Shown: positions 62,776-64,000 of the stretch, piece after piece | How the letters are laid out: every line of letters starts with the position of its first letter | Numbering within the stretch: the first letter of the stretch is position 1 | Source of the DNA: Octopus vulgaris | Lineage: Eukaryota | DNA length: 64,000 nt | Reading direction: 5' to 3' | NCBI GenBank assembly: GCA_951406725.2 | Contig: OX597818.1 | Span: forward strand, 22,382,001 to 22,446,000 | Made by a program: the position numbers and the translations under genes | The notes under the pieces: model-generated | What the model was told of the DNA's origin: nothing | The model's database searches: none | What the model saw: only the letters and a program-made list of their open reading frames with translations

Positions 62776-63673
62776 CTGCAAGTAAAGAACAGAACAATAT
62801 TGGTCAGTTACATGGAAACACAAAGGCAATAGTTGAGTAGCTCAAAATAAAAATTATATGGCTTTGCTAGTTGAAGGGCTCTATCTAAGACCCTTTATGG
62901 AGATCCTCTGAGATTTGTAAGGTGGAGGGAAAAAAAAGAGAAAGATTTTGATAGAAGCCCATCATATATATATATATATATATACTTTATTTAAAAGCAG
63001 TAGAAATATAACAAAAGCTGTTACTCGGAGTTTCACGTTCTCATTCGTCGGACAGTAAAGCATATTACTCTACCACTGGTACTTGAGTACTCTTTTTTCC
63101 ACCTTGTTTCACATTTATGTGCTTACTCCGGTATATATATATATATAAAATACAAAATGGGACAGGAATGCAAAACATCTGGACAACTGGGTGATACAAA
63201 AAGGGACAACAAAACATCCAGATAGACGATACAAAAAAACAAGGATGGATCACTTGAAGCTTTCTATCCTCAGTCAAGAACCGGATCATCCTCACAATTT
63301 TGGCTGATTAATCTTGACTCATATATATATACGAGTGAGAGGACAAATGAAGAAAAGGGCACTCAATACATTTATTAGGAGTTACATGTATTATTCAAAA
63401 CAGTGATTCAGAATCCATGCCACTTCAAGTTTTGCAGGCCCCCAACAGAGCCTGTTTCTTCAGGCCAGTGGAGACAGGGTCTGTCAGGGGCTTGCAAAAC
63501 TGTTTTGAATAATATATCAATTCAAACTAAAGTAATCAAACAAATAATATACCAAATCAGACACTTATATTTATACTAAATAGTGACAATTATAATTCTC
63601 CTTTTTGGTGAAACCTTACAAACTGCTGTTTATATTAATTATATATATTATATATAAATATATATGAAATAAG

Positions 63674-63790
<117 letters not shown>

Positions 63791-64000
63791 GGGAGTATAA
63801 CTCCAAACTTACAGGGAAAAATTCAATTTAGTATTAAATCAATTTTCACAATATAAATATATAAAATATAAATTAGAGATAAAACCACTATTATGCAACT
63901 CAAACAGTGATAGACATAAACCAATACATAAATAACAAGTAATATATATTTAAAAAAAATTAATTATTATATATATTACTTGTTATTTATGTATTGGTTT

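Overview
AT-rich, microsatellite- and SINE-dense animal genomic DNA. The repeat families resemble those of octopus/coleoid cephalopods; this is an inference, not verified. The main feature is the 3' ~36 kb of a minus-strand gene, which I reconstructed by hand as 24 GT-AG exons (26977-62775, 3423 nt, 1140 aa plus stop, phases consistent throughout; the 5' part lies beyond the window). It encodes a plexin-type ectodomain (3 PSI plus 6 IPT/TIG-like domains), one TM helix and a MET/RON-family tyrosine kinase domain. The kinase has pseudokinase substitutions: HRD->HHN, DFG->DIG, alphaC Glu->Asp. Both catalytic-loop changes (CAC, AAT) are one A->G change from HRD, so A-to-I editing could in principle restore them. 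An exact 30-bp copy of the TM-exon splice acceptor lies in the next intron and could yield a secreted ectodomain isoform. The rest of the window holds decayed mariner and Tc1 transposons, an ORF1-only (Gag zinc-knuckle) retroelement sharing its 3' tail with a SINE, Penelope-like hammerhead remnants, Helitron/hAT/piggyBac-type MITEs, several long fold-back hairpins and a head-to-tail SINE array. All alignments and counts were done by eye.
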